A stretch of 64,000 nt of DNA from Tubiluchus corallicola (Eukaryota; Animalia; Priapulida). Below, in pieces: positions 40,981 to 54,522 of this stretch. Numbering within the stretch: the first letter of the stretch is position 1; each line of letters starts with the position of its first letter. Position numbers and translations under genes: made by a program. The stretch spans positions 1 through 64,000 of the forward strand of contig JAQGDQ010000364.1 in NCBI GenBank assembly GCA_030141605.1, written 5' to 3'. The notes beneath the pieces are model-generated. The model did no database searches, was not told the origin of the DNA, and was given only the letters and a program-made list of their open reading frames with translations.

Positions 40981-42231
40981 CTGAAAATATTCAAGATTTT
41001 GCGTTGCAAAAGAGGGTCAACCCTTTGCCACTTTACAATAGTAAGATTGAACTTGATACAAAGGGTATAAAATGGCAATAAACACGTGAACTTTGCACTT
41101 TCTATAAATGCTGATTAGAAGATCAGGGACTTCTGTTACTATGAAATTTTATCACTGACAATTACAAAGTCAAAATACATTTTTCTATACGTGGCTGGAT
41201 TAAATTATTGATTAAAATAAGTCACTTGTAAACGGAAAATCTAATGAAATATGGAAAAAACGTGCAATAACACGAAATAGAAAAAGCCACAGGCAAACGA
41301 AATTTTATGAATGGGTTGTGAGTTGATTTTTGTAAACAATTTTTCTTGAATGGAATGAATTATCCACCCACATTGATCACATTTCTGAAATCAAACACGA
41401 TAAAAAAGAAGCAAAGGTGAAACCACGGAGCTGAACCAGAAACCTTTCGATTTCTAGTCTTACACCTGTCACCAAGCAATCAAAGCAAGTTTAGTAATTG
41501 ATCAACCAACCCTTTCAGCCCTTGTGTTAATATACTCATCCTACAGTAAATACTACCTAACTAGATTAATTTTTGTAATGAAATTAAAACTGGAAGTAAT
41601 CCAAAGATCCCAGATTCGGTTAGCTTACTCATTAATCTTGAAATTAGTTTGGTTACAAAAAATTAGTTGAACAGTCGTTTTTGTCTGCGTACTTAAATAA
41701 GAAACTCAAATTTGTTTTCAAGCAAAAACAAGAAAACGAAAATCATTTCAGTTCTCATATATCGGGTAGTGCAAAAATGTGACGATGTTTAGCCAACAAT
41801 TATACTTAAACCAAGTGCCCTGAAAGTTGAAATTTCACAATACGATGTCACAATGTATTAGCTTTTGGATGTGAAACTCACGAGTTTATGATTTTAGAGG
41901 TTTTTAGGTTATGGCTAGTTTTGCATGTTAAAAAATGAAAAGTCCGAACAATGTCGGCCATCGACTGAAAAACAGCCACGTTCAGTGATGGTGTATAAAA
42001 CACTTAATACACGGCAGCAAAACAATAAAGAAATCAAACAGTTTACATCATGGTCACCATCACGAAAAATAAAGCATTTTATAAAGATTTGTGGCCAAGG
42101 AAAAATGGAACTTAATCCCTTGAATTGCGCTACCTCGAACTCCATTAAAGACAAAGTGTACAATGGCCGCTTAGAGCCGTTTGATGCAAAGGCAGTAAAG
42201 GTAAAAATTGTTGAATGCTCGGACCAGATAC

Positions 42232-42460
42232 TAGGAGTGAGCATTCTCTACCAGAAAGCGAATTCGAATCGAACCGAATTTCAGTATTTCGAATCCGAAT
42301 CGAATTCGAATTGAGTTTGAAAAAATTTCGAACAAGTTTACGAATCACTAGTAAAAAGTGGTCTTACAAAGATCGTGCATATTTACTTGTTTTCGTTTTG
42401 CAGTTAAACCACTATTAGTTTGTTAAAAAATTTGCGCAGAAACTCCAGTTAAATTGCGCC
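42232..42460. mobile_element. hAT-like MITE, family H (truncated)
   Basis: taggagtgagcattctctaccagaaagcgaattcg terminus. Confidence 0.75.
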
Positions 42461-42919
42461 TGATGTATAGATACCTCTTCTATCCTATTTAAAAAGGCGT
42501 TGCAATTTTAAACTAACCGACAAAACGCGCCTCCTTTATTAAACTTGAAAAATAAACTTGGTTGAACCAACCTGAACGCCAAAATTATGGTTGATTCTCT
42601 ATAAAACAATCCAAGCTAAACTCGCCCTAGATTCATTGTTCAAATTAACTGAACAAATGATTGCTGTTTGATGAACTAAAGTCCGCTGTTTTAAACAATT
42701 TTAACTTTCCCCACTGTCAACAAGTTTGAGAGTTTCAAGTTTGAGCCAAATTCTGACTTTATAAACTAGAAATTCATGTCCTCAATTGCTGAAATTTTAA
42801 CACGAATGTGTTATTTTGAAAAGAATTTAATTTTTTTTAAATGCCAACAATAAGTTACAAAAAGGAAATTGTTATTTCAGTCTCACAACTGCAGTTATAC
42901 TACTGATAATGCAGATCAG

Positions 42920-43057
42920 ATGTTGATGATGACAATGACGATGATACTTATTATCACGATAACGATGGTGATAATTATTGGGGCAACGACAACGTGGGTA
43001 ACGACAATGGTATTGATGATAATGATAGTTATGGCTATGGCGACGACAATGCCGACA

Positions 43058-43124
<67 letters not shown>

Positions 43125-43170
43125 CGATGATGATGATGAGGAGGAGGAGGAGGAGGAGGAGGAGGAGGAA
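42920..43170. repeat. (GAT)n-(GAG)n microsatellite
   Basis: Direct inspection; MMP intron 1. Confidence 0.95.
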
Positions 43171-43254
43171 CATTCATCTAAAGAATTAAAACCATTTAAA
43201 AATTCACATACAAAATATATATGAACCAAAAAAAAACAAAATATTTTTACTTAC

Positions 43255-43371
43255 CAAAATTATTTCATCGCCACGTTTTTTCACAAAAGTATCTAATAAT
43301 TGATCATTTGTAGCAGCCTCCTTGCCTACAGACAGGAGGAACAATATTGCTAACACGAGCGTCCACCTCAT
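43255..43371 (-). CDS. MMP gene exon 1 (signal peptide): MRWTLVLAILFLLSVGKEAATNDQLLDTFVKKRGDEIIL
   Basis: ATG at 43371; basic residue plus hydrophobic core typical of a signal peptide; 117 nt ending at a GTAAGT donor, phase 0, matching exon 2. Confidence 0.8.
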
Positions 43372-44047
43372 CGTGATTAACTAACAACATAATTTCATGC
43401 GTTTTATCATTCTTTAATGTCACGTAAGGTGGCGTAATAGGCGATCTTGTTTATTATTATTATTATTTAACGCCTCTGATAAGTGATGCGTCTCCGCGCC
43501 TGCCTCCCCTCCCAACTGCACCAGAAGTAACGGTTAATACCAGGCGAAGGTCATATCAGCATTGAAAGCATGCCTTTGCGGAAAGTGAAAGCTGCAGTCT
43601 AATCCTTTCTATTCAGAACTTTAACACGCAGCGCCAGTGCGCATGCGTCGTTTATTTCGAGGCGCGTATGAATTTTAATTTCAGGTTTATATGCGCGACG
43701 AGTTGCGATTAAAAAGCCCCACAGGCGCATTTGTTCGCCACAGAGATCAGATCAATCTTAATAAGGTCGGGCCAGTTCAATGTCAGAAAAAAGATTTCGC
43801 CTCTTGAATATTAAAATTTTGAAAAGACACCGCAAACTAAATAAATTATTTATTTGATACAGTAAAATGCTATCTAAAGTTCTGTTCAAATTAACAGTTT
43901 TCATAAATGCCATGGTCTCTGTAGACAAGAAGGACTTTTAGGTTGCTATGTTAGCAATAATTTATGTTTAAGCTGAGCGGGCAATATTAGAAAATAATCC
44001 TCTACATATTACACAAGTTTCACTTAAAATCAAACTAAACCCTCACT

Positions 44048-44655
44048 ATAATATAATATAATGTAATGTAATACAATACAATACAATACAATACAATATA
44101 ATGTAATGTAATGTAATGTAATGTAATGTAATGTAATATCATATCATATCATATCATATCATATCATATCATATCATATCATATCATATAATATAATATA
44201 ATATAATATAATATAATATAATATAATATAATATAATATAATATAATATAATATAATATAATATAATATAATATAATATAATATAATATAATATAATATA
44301 ATATAATATAATATAATATAATATAATATAATATAATATAATATAATATAACATAACATAACATAACATAACATAACATAACATAACATAACATAACATA
44401 ACATAACATAACATAACATAACATAACATAACATAACATAACATAACATAACATAACATAATATAATATAATATAATATAATATAATATAATATAATATA
44501 ATATAATATAATATAACATAACATAACATAACATAACATAACATAACATAACATAACATAACATAACATAACATAACATAACATAACATAACATAACATA
44601 ACATAACATAACATAACATAACATAACATAACATAACATAACATAACATAATATA
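44048..44655. repeat. Compound pentanucleotide array (AATAC, AATGT, ATATC, AATAT, AACAT blocks)
   Basis: Direct inspection. Confidence 0.98.
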
Positions 44656-45190
44656 TTAGATATTTATTCATGTCAAAAATATATACAGTACAAGAAAAAA
44701 GCAAGACGTACATGCAGTTTCAATTTTGAAATATAGTGACACTATATACAAACAAAACAATTACTAATAAAACAAATATTATTAAATCTTCCTGTTAGTT
44801 AGATTAGTTATTTAATGAAAAGTTTAAAGATTAGTACTGAAATAAATCACCATTCATTAAGCCTCATTTTCAATGATACGATCACTACATAATTGTTCAC
44901 CATGTCTTAAAAACGCTTTTTCAACATAATCAATAAATACCTTAATTACTTCTAAATCATTACTTTCCATCAAGGGTAAAAATTTATCAGCATTACTCAT
45001 AAGGAAAAATTCTGATATAATTACGTTGATGTGATTATATAATTTTCCTCTAAGATCATTGTAATATGGGCATTTTACAACAAAGTGTAATTCGTCTTCG
45101 ATTTCATTTCTTAAACGATATGAGCATATACGATTCTCAGCCGGGATTTTTCTAAATTTGACGTACCTCCCTCTTTCAATACACGAAGAA
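44655..45190 (-). mobile_element. LINE 3' end (ORF2 C-terminal Cys/His region, RTEX-like)
   Basis: IERGRY...ENRIC...EIEDELHFVVKCPYYNDLR; AATAAA directly before the pentanucleotide array; clade assignment from memory. Confidence 0.75.
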
Positions 45191-45932
45191 TGGATAACAC
45201 GTTCGCTCGTTTTGAGCAAAATACAAAAAAATCAGTGGAACCGGTTGTAGAATTATAGATTTACTGTAAAATGGGTCAGTTTCGGGGCTCATTGTTATTT
45301 ATTTGTAAAAAATAGAAAATTGAGCAGTACGACGCCCATGGTACTATATAATCAGTCAGTGTTAATAAATAGATACGACAAGAAATAGCTTTATCTCCCA
45401 GTGCAGAAGCTGTTCAATTTTCAAAGCCAAACCGTATGCTAGTATACCTTGTATGTGTTCAAGACTACTAGGCAATGTTTTAATATAGCCCTGGGCAGAA
45501 AGTAGGGGCTCTTAAATTTACCTTAAACAGACCAGCTAACTCAATTTCACCCATTGTGGCTTGTCCATGGGCAACAAGTTTAGCAAGGACAAATTCTGCA
45601 AGACCGTTTAAAAGTCTTGCAACTTTGCTGTCTTAAATTCCCAGCATCATAAACAATTATGTATCTGATTCAGATTTTTTATTAAAACACTTTTGCCACG
45701 CACGTGCGCCCTCTGCGTTAAAAAATAACAACATTTTTGAGTGAGTCATCAATAGCAAACTTTAGCAAGATTGTTGAGTAAGTTAACATTTGACTTTGTC
45801 TGCGTTTGTAATAACATCCTAAATCTTTCAAGGAGTTTACATTGAAAACACCGTGGACCAACTCTGCTGATACATTTTCTTATTCTACTAGATACCAGAT
45901 CATGAAATGTTTTTCGTGCTTCCATGCTTTAA

Positions 45933-46465
45933 AGCAAAACCGGACCCAATCTTAAACTGTAGATCAAAACAATCTACTCTTTAAAATACTGAAAGTAAAC
46001 ATACTATTTTTTTCAAAAATGACTTACGTGAAAGAATTATTACCACACAAATACAATTCCACATTCGCGCCACAAAAAAACACGTGTTGTGCCTCTCAGA
46101 TTAGATCTGTTAGTTTGTGATGTACTACACACGTTCGACAGCTCATGCGTGAGCGCAGCGGTAAATTTGAAATTTGATTTTTTTTTCATAAAACTTGCCG
46201 AGTTTTAGTACAACAGATTGAATAGCTTACAGTAGCACTGTACTTCAATTTTTGCTTTCGCAAACCCGTGCAGCACGCTCGTGGAATATTTTTGCTGTTG
46301 AAAATTATGTGAGTTTGTGAAGTCATCAATAATTTGGCTCGCAAGCCGTTAATTAAGTTTTTAGTCAATTATTTAATTGTCAGAAACGCTTTAGCAGTAT
46401 TAATTGCGTTAAAATTTGCCGGACTTGAAAATGGAGTTGTTTATGAAAAATCATCATGTCTTCGC
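45933..46465. mobile_element. Family K MITE, near full length
   Basis: TTAA|AGCAAAACCGGACCC...CATGTCTTCGC|TTAA. Confidence 0.8.
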
Positions 46466-47059
46466 TTAAATATTTTATCATAAATATGGCTGGGTTCGGA
46501 CGATTACTTTCAATCAATGACGGAAATTAAAAAGTTAGAAATAAATAACATGTTTTTAAAACAAATTTCGTTCAATTAAGTTAATAAATAGATTAAGGTA
46601 TGACTCCGTCTGCGCGTAATGCGTGATGCGTGTACAACAGTTTATATTTAAACACTTGCAAGTGTTTACATGTTTACGCAATGCGTAATCCGTGAAGCGT
46701 CATGCGTGATCCGTATTCGTTGGAACATGATCACATTTCGCGCAATACGCAGACGAGAAACGACGTTAAAATCCGCTTAAAATAAATAAAGTTTATATAA
46801 TAAAAAAAAAAACAGAAACCGACGTTGCCTAGGTGATTTAGCGAGTTTTCAAGTAGTCATAATAACTTTTGGGTGATTCTCCAAGACTAACTTTGCACCT
46901 TCTTTTCTGCCAGCTTTAAATACCGAACTTTGGATGGTCACTCGGTCAGTTTGTCACCCATCAAAACTCTTATTGAGGATTAAATCAACCGGTTTTACAT
47001 CTTTACGTTGATGTTTATCAGTAATTCCGTTTTTGCATAGTGTTTTCAATGGTATCCAT

Positions 47060-47680
47060 AAGTTAATGATATCCAGGGCTGATTGAAGATCACTATTTTG
47101 ACTTGAATAAAAACTTTCATAAAATTTTATGTCATCTGCAAATATGTTTACTGTTACAGCATCAACGACATAAAGTAAATCATTATTAACAAAATACAAA
47201 AACACAAGTGGTCCAAAAACACTTCCCTGGAGAGCTCCAGATGTTACACATACATACTCAGATACATTATTACCAAAACCGACACGTTGTTTTCTATACT
47301 TTATATATTGGAAGAGTAAGTAGATAGTATCGATGGTATAAGTAAGTACGTAGTATATGATAGCATGTAGGAGTAGTATATATTATATGTATACTGTCTA
47401 CTACATTCCCATTGTCTATAGCTAAGCCAAACTCATATAAGCATTCGAGTAACTGGTGAGTTGTAGTGATTTGTCCGATAACTACAACAAATGGGCAATA
47501 TACTATCAACATTACATGTCTCCATTATTTTCCAACTAACACGCATGAGTGGTACTGGCATTAATTATTCTCGTCACTGTCTTTCTCGCGAATAGGCACT
47601 AGTTCGGCAACTTTCCAAACATCAGGATTGCGCCATCTATTAGCGACTTTTGAAAAATATATAATAGAGTACATACATTA
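47060..47680 (-). mobile_element. Degenerate CR1-like LINE RT fragment
   Basis: PDVWKVA..VPI, HQLLE, KQRV, SGALQGSVFGPLVF, IFADDIK motifs. Confidence 0.8.
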
Positions 47681-47681
47681 T

Positions 47682-48040
47682 TCGGTTACAAGGATTTCAG
47701 ATACAAGCTGTTTCGATACAAAGATTTCAGACACAGTCATTTCGACACATAGGTAATTTGGACACATATGTCATTTGGAGACAAGGTAATATTGAGATGT
47801 AGGACTTTTGGACACAAGGTAATTTGGACACATAGATTACTTAACATATAAGCTGTTTGGACACTAGGTATTTTGGACACAAGGTAATTCAGACAAATAG
47901 GTCACTTAGACATATAAACTATTTAGACACTAAGGGTTTTGGACACATAGGACATTTGGGACACTAGACGTTTTCACACAGGACATTTAAATACCTAGAT
48001 AATTTTGATACATTAATTGTTCAGACACCAAAAGCACCGT
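47682..48040. mobile_element. Non-autonomous element with internal TTGGACAC-type subrepeats
   Basis: CGGT...ACCG ends; many ttt/tggacac repeats about 20 bp apart. Confidence 0.5.
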
Positions 48041-48628
48041 TTGGATTCAGTCAAGAAATCGTACCATTTAGCGACATTGGAGATGGCTCAATTTAAACTA
48101 CTTTTTTCCAAAAGTCAAAGTGTTTCTAATGACTAAAAACCGTAGATCAAACAAATAGTTTAATATCTATTTTGAAAGATTTTTTTCTCACTAATTCGAC
48201 CCCAACAGTAACTGCAGTCTGTAAGTCAACAAGTACGTTAACATTAGGGCGTTTTCATAATATGTAGATATCCAGATGCGGTAACGGTCGCGGCAGCGAT
48301 CGCGACAGGTGAGATTGACACCGTGCGGCAATACGACTTATATGGCGAGGTTTCTTGTCGTAAATTTTCACGCTGAGCTGAAAAACCGAAATCTTCTGTG
48401 CAATTAAGTAGGGTAGTGACAATTAAATGTTGATTAAGCTGTTCAGGTGCTAATTAAGACTGAATGATAGACATCGACAAGGAAAGATTTCCGTGGAAAA
48501 TCATTTAGAAATAAGTAAAACGGGCAACAACAAACTTTCCAGTTCGTCCAATACGTTTGTCATGTGATAGAGAATTTCCCCGGACTCAGTATCAGTTACG
48601 ATAGATTATGAACAAATAGATAACGAAA

Positions 48629-49070
<442 letters not shown>

Positions 49071-49419
49071 TCGGCGCTCTCGCCGCAAACATGCGGGCAC
49101 CAACGTACATGTAAAAAGTGTTCGTGGTTGGGTTACACTGGCAGGACGTGGGTCAAAATCGTAACGTATTCATTTTTGTGGACGATTCGGCGTAATTTTA
49201 GATTTTTTACAACTTTTAAATGTCTGCGTGTATTAATTCATTCAGTGTTAAAGAGGGCAAAAATCGGCATTTGCGAAAACTACACTTGCGAACTAAATGC
49301 ACATGTAACAAAAATAAGTTATACAAGCAAAAAAGGCGATCTTAATTTGAAATTAAAATGATAGAACTAAGTACTACTAAAAAATTAAAATGATGAAACT
49401 GCAGTATATATTATACGTG

Positions 49420-50030
49420 CGCTTGCATAACAAACACGTCCCGGCGATTAAGTTTTTCTAGTTATCGCATACCCTGAATCTCCATTTCATGAGGATCATT
49501 TTGATACCAAGCTCATCGCTCTATGTTATTTCTAAGCTGAGATAATCCACATTGAAGTTCAGGTACAGGCTACGCACTGAAAAACATAACCTTGAGAAAA
49601 TCACTGGTAAAGTCAGCCATTGTTTTTTGTCGTGACTCTACAAAACACTTAGTAACCGTACGAAAGTGCGGTTGCTATGAACAACTATAAGAGCATATTG
49701 AAGTTATGTCTAAATCCAGTAGATGGCTCTTTTTGATGAAGATCTGGGCTTGGCAATAGAAAAAACCCGAAGCAAAATGACTACTTCCATGAGCTACTAT
49801 CGGAGTTTGAAAATGCGAGTTTTTTTTTACAATCGCAGTACTAATTTTTAGGGTACGAGTTAGAAAATTAGATTTTTAGTATTCTTTTAGCATTTATTTT
49901 ACCGTTTATTTTATGAAAAACAAAAAAATGACATTTTACCAATTTTTTGTTGTATTCTACTTTGAAGCACCAGAACGTGGTTTTAACTATGCCGACTTAT
50001 GAGCGGTTTTGGTTTGCAAGCCCACAATTA
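49420..50030. repeat. Dispersed repeat about 600 bp, inverted relative to 59000-59612
   Basis: cgctctatgttatttctaagctgagataatccac versus gtggattatctcagcttagaaataacatagagcg. Confidence 0.85.
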
Positions 50031-50207
50031 TGAAATCTGGGTCATGATGTTAAAATAGTCATTTGTATTCTTGTCGTTTTAAGAAAAACTTTATCTAGAT
50101 CATCCAAAGTAGCCAGAAGGAAGAAAGTGGCACTTCATAATTTCAAGTGCTAAGCTTATTGTTATATGGCAGTGTATAAAATCACGGCCATTCTCGGTAT
50201 TTGGAAG

Positions 50208-50216
50208 TATAAAAAG
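50208..50216 (+). promoter_or_regulatory. Putative TATA box of the pentraxin-like gene
   Basis: TATAAAAAG about 90 nt upstream of ATG 50297; a second TATAAAA lies at 50175. Confidence 0.5.
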
Positions 50217-50296
50217 GACAGGCCCAAACAAAAAAGTTAACTTTGTGTCCATTACGTAAACTGGTTGGTTGTCCGTGACTGAATTCCTGCTTGGAA

Positions 50297-50332
50297 ATGG
50301 CTACATTACAATGGCTGATCATAGCGGTTTTG
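50297..50332 (+). CDS. Pentraxin/LamG-like gene exon 1 (signal peptide): MATLQWLIIAVL
   Basis: ATG in gaaATGG context about 90 nt after TATAAAA; hydrophobic; GTAAGT donor, phase 0. Confidence 0.8.
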
Positions 50333-50514
50333 GTAAGTCGAATTTAATTTAGTTGTTAAACTATCGTAATTCATAATTCATTAAACTCGAATTCAGTAAA
50401 TAGAATAAACAGGGCAATTTCAGCAGAGAAACAGAATGGCACAGCTCGTTATACAATCTACAGGAGTTGGTCAATCGCACTTTCACAAGCATAGAAAGAT
50501 AGAAAGATGTTTAA

Positions 50515-50650
50515 AGCAAAACCTGGCCCTATCTTAAACTGTAGGTCATAACAACCTATTCTTTAAAATATTGAAAGTAAACCTATTTTAAAGAATGACT
50601 AACGTGATAGAATTATCACCACACAAACACAATTTCACCTTCGCGCCACT
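50515..50650. mobile_element. Family K MITE terminal fragment abutting (ATT)n
   Basis: TTAA|AGCAAAACCTGGCCCTATCTTAAACTG matches the family end. Confidence 0.7.
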
Positions 50651-50660
50651 ATTATTTCGC

Positions 50661-50870
<210 letters not shown>

Positions 50871-50933
50871 GACGAGGAAGAAACAACATGTGAGAATCAG
50901 ATACCCTGAATACACAACGATAACCTTTTCCAG

Positions 50934-51021
50934 GTTGGTTGTATTCCTGGGAGTTTACAGCAAGGACAAGGATATGGGGCACCGCCACAAGGATATGGAT
51001 CTGATGATGATAACGACATAG
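50934..51021 (+). CDS. Pentraxin/LamG-like gene exon 2: VGCIPGSLQQGQGYGAPPQGYGSDDDNDI
   Basis: ccttttccag acceptor; completes the signal peptide; contains the same QGYG motif as the C-terminal repeats; phase 0 to 1. Confidence 0.8.
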
Positions 51022-51469
51022 GTTGCTAGTTTTTTGTTTATGTTTTGTATTTTTGTAAATTGTTAAAACAACAAGTTCACATACAATCATAGCAAAATTA
51101 CATTGTGAATAAAATAGCCCCAGGTGAAGCAGGATAAACACACGCTTAAAACAGTTGTGATATACATGAGCACAATTATGCGTTTGAAACGGCTATAAGC
51201 CAACAAACAACATACCGTTTAGAACAGTTACAATATGTAGAAACATGCTTGTACAACGATTATAACGTTTACACACAAATAAAAGCAAATTTGCATCTCA
51301 TTAGCTAAAAATTATATAGAGAAATTATATAAAAATTTGTTAAAAGAATTTTTTAGAGCTAGGTAAAACAGATAACACCCTGAGCTGGAATCAACATTTT
51401 GCATTTCGATAAAAAGTTAATTTAGCCATTCTCACTCTGATCATCTGTTGTATGCAACTATGATTCTCG

Positions 51470-51809
51470 TTAATTGTAAACTCAGCCGACAAATTTTCAT
51501 TGAGGTTCTGTTATAAATGTTATTGATTTTCAATTATAAATATTTTAAAACACTGAAAAACTTTTAAAACGTCAATATTTGCAACATATGCAGATAACGC
51601 ACTGAAAGAATGTTTCAGGTGAAAATAAAAAAATAAAATAAAAATTATTTTCACCTGAAATACTTGATTCTTTCACTGCGTTATCTGCACATGTTACAAA
51701 TATTGGGCATTTTAAAAGTTTTTCTTGTTTTTGAAAAATTATAAATGAAAATCAATAACGTTTGTAACAGAACTCAAATGAAAATTTGGGCGGCTGAGTA
51801 TACAATTAA
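51470..51809. mobile_element. Palindromic (fold-back) MITE, arms about 160 bp
   Basis: ttaattgtaaactcagccg...tttcaggtgaaaata / tattttcacctgaaa...cggctgagtatacaattaa. Confidence 0.85.
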
Positions 51810-51846
51810 TGATAATCGTAGTAGCATCAAGCTTGGTTTCATAAAG

Positions 51847-52009
51847 TCTCTTGCGCCGATTGCAATTACAGCTGTATACCCTGCTCTTTTCTGTATACAA
51901 CCATGCAGAGATTTTGCCCCACTCTGCAAAGAATCTGGAGCTATGATAGTGGCAGAAGAAACAGCACAAAACTTCAAACTATAGACTCAAAAAGATTCTC
52001 TGTTACTGT
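51847..52009 (+). CDS. Pentraxin/LamG-like gene exon 3: (V)SCADCNYSCIPCSFLYTTMQRFCPTLQRIWSYDSGRRNSTKLQTIDSKRFSVT(V)
   Basis: Open frame; GTAAGA donor gives FSVTV-WFR across the junction (LamG/pentraxin FTVxxW strand); 5' end relies on an AAG acceptor and is less certain. Confidence 0.7.
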
Positions 52010-52795
52010 GTAAGAGTTTGCACGAAGATGGAACATTTTTAGTAGATTAGTTAAATATAATAGATATTGTCCTGAACAGGTGAATGTGCAATGTACATTT
52101 TTATTCATAGGCACCAAGCCAATCAACCTACAGGTAATGTTATGACCTCCACTTTAAACTAGGAAGCCCATAACATTACCTGCGATTGGTTGAGCAGTGG
52201 TTTCCTGTGAAAAGAATGAACACGTGACATCATCAGTCGTCTGTTTTTTGTCGTGGAATGCACTTCTCCTCCTGTCTGCCTGCCGCGTGTCGTTAATTCT
52301 GTAAGGTTTGAATCATTGTCATCAGATTGTGTTTTTTTTTTGTTGTTAACATTCCGGGATTGCCCATTATGTAGCATCACCGATGGCAGGCCGTAAGGCT
52401 TTCTACCGGGTCGAACCCCGGAACAATATAATAGATACGGCAGATTTGCAAAGAAAATTAAAAATCAATTCAGTGAATTACTCATAACTACATTTTCTTG
52501 ATTACAGAGACGGTTCCATGTGCCACTCTTAACCCAAACCTGTGTGACTTGGTTTCTGGAGGAATTACTATACCTGTACCCTACACTTTTGACCAGGCAA
52601 ATATCGCCGATCATGCTAAGTGGTTCACAGAATACGTTAAACAAGGAGTTTATGAAGAGTACACACTTTGCTTGTAAGCATTTATTTTCGACATTCATGC
52701 TTGTAATTCTACTGCAAACAGTTGGAAGCTACTGTACCTTTCTGTACTATACTGGCACGAAATGTCCGTTGATTGGTAATGGTCGGGGCGGATAC

Positions 52796-53638
52796 AGATT
52801 TTAGAACAACAGTGGTCACATCAGAAAAGTAGTTAGGGGGTCTGGAAGAGCGGTGTAAGAGATTTCCAGTCCCCGGCCACCAATGCATCTTACTGCATTT
52901 TAGAACACTTTTCTGCCTGTTAGAAACAATTTACTGCACTTACAGGATATTGTGTCATTAGTGACAGCTGATATGAATATTTCAAGTCGTTGTGACCGAA
53001 ACGTGTCTGCAGGTCTTCAATTATAAAAAAGTAAGATCTCAAATAATGACGTCCCGCTTGGCGCCGTTTCTCTTAACAACGCATTTTGCTGGAATACATC
53101 AGCGTTGTTAAGCGAGAAAAAAATCAATAAAACTTAGGTGAGCTACTGGAAGAGACGTTTCAATCGTCAATGGCGGATTTAGGGGGTGGGCATAAGGGGC
53201 CTGGCCACACTTTAGCAGTAGCAGCTACAGCATGCCAAATAAATATTTTCTCTGGATAAGTGTTAGAACGATTTGCTAAATCCTAACACTGCCTTACGTC
53301 TGTAAAAATCATATATATCCCAAAGGTTTTCCTTTTCAAAACATGTGGAACTTGTGTTCATCATATACACTGTGCACTAATATACTGGTGTGCAATTATG
53401 AGTCAAAGTTTGAGGCGACACCTGTTCTAAACTAGTGTTCGTTCTCAACTTGTTAAAACAGGAACAAAAAATGGTCTAACGTGCAGTAAAGTGTTTCTAA
53501 CAGGCAGAAAAGTGCTCTAAAAGGCAGCAAAATGCATTTGTGGCTGGGATTCCACTCTGGAAATCTCTTTGGGAGCTTACACCGCTCTCCCGGACCCCTA
53601 ATAACTTTTGTGATGTGACCACTGCTGTTCTAAAACCT
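52796..53638. mobile_element. TA-flanked element with about 150-bp TIRs
   Basis: TA|CAGATTTTAGAACAACAGTGGTCACATCA...TGATGTGACCACTGCTGTTCTAAAACCTG|TA. Confidence 0.8.
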
Positions 53639-53889
53639 GTAGGAGCTTTTCGTGTCATTTACCACTTGAACTGGACTTTCTGTTCCTAGGTCCGGTCAGT
53701 TTTAATTACAAAGTACCTGGTCAAACCACAGGGTGACGAAAAGTAGTCTAACGGCTGGACTAGCCAGCTGCCCTCATTGTGTGAAGATACTTTGTAAATA
53801 AATGCTTCTTCAGGAGCATGGAACCATTTTATTTTTATTCTTCCTGCTAATGCAAGCCTCTTTAATTTATTCTCTTAAACATTTTTCAG

Positions 53890-54039
53890 CTGGTTTCGTG
53901 GAATGATGGCTGCTATGAGAATTTTTAGCGACCAAAATCCTGGCAGGCCCGTGTTGGAAGAAGTGGAGCTGCTGATAGAATTCATACAAGACGATGGCAC
54001 AGTCATAATTTCGCGAAATGACGGTTCTTCAAACCTGGA
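53890..54039 (+). CDS. Pentraxin/LamG-like gene exon 4: WFRGMMAAMRIFSDQNPGRPVLEEVELLIEFIQDDGTVIISRNDGSSNL(D)
   Basis: atttttcag acceptor, GTACGG donor, 150 nt, phase 2 to 2. Confidence 0.8.
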
Positions 54040-54231
54040 GTACGGTTTGCTAAATTCTACTTTCTACCGAATTTGAAAACCTGAAACAAAGCTAAAAGCA
54101 CGAATGTTAACAGGCCTATACTACTAAAGGCATGTCATGATACACTGTACCATAAAGATATTAAATAGCCCTATATAGAACATGGCAATACTGACAAAGC
54201 AATTATATTAATCCTACGAAATATAAAGATG

Positions 54232-54326
54232 ATTTTGACCAGACAGTTTAGTCTAGTGGTATCGCATCCACTTTCCGCCTGAGAGGTCGTGAGTTCGATA
54301 CAGCGGTCGGGTAATACAAAGACTTC
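54232..54326 (+). mobile_element. tRNA-derived SINE head (same family)
   Basis: gaccagacagtttagtctagtgg...gaggtcgtgagttcga...aaagact. Confidence 0.75.
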
Positions 54327-54522
54327 AAAGAGCTTTTGGGCCGACTGTAAATAAAAATCTACAACAGAGACAATTATTACCACACTCTTACCAAGTGCCA
54401 GGCAGGGCAACAGCAGGTACCATTTTGAAAGTCTTTGGTATGACTCGGCCGCTGTTTCAGACTCACGACCTCCCAGACGGAAAGCGGACGCCTTACGGCT
54501 AGCCTAAACCGTCTAGTCAAAA
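54327..54522 (-). mobile_element. tRNA-derived SINE (same family, inverted)
   Basis: cagcaggtaccattttgaaagtctttggtatgac...ctcacgacctc...taaaccgtctagtc is the reverse complement of the 48629 copy. Confidence 0.8.

Noticed and set aside
42869-43229. Poly-Asp/Glu, poly-His, poly-Met ORFs next to MMP exon 1
   Set aside because: (GAT)n(GAG)n microsatellite in intron 1; no splice support
44174-44713. MLCYV / YYIIL ORFs (similar at 24456-25006 and 57433-57735)
   Set aside because: Pentanucleotide microsatellites
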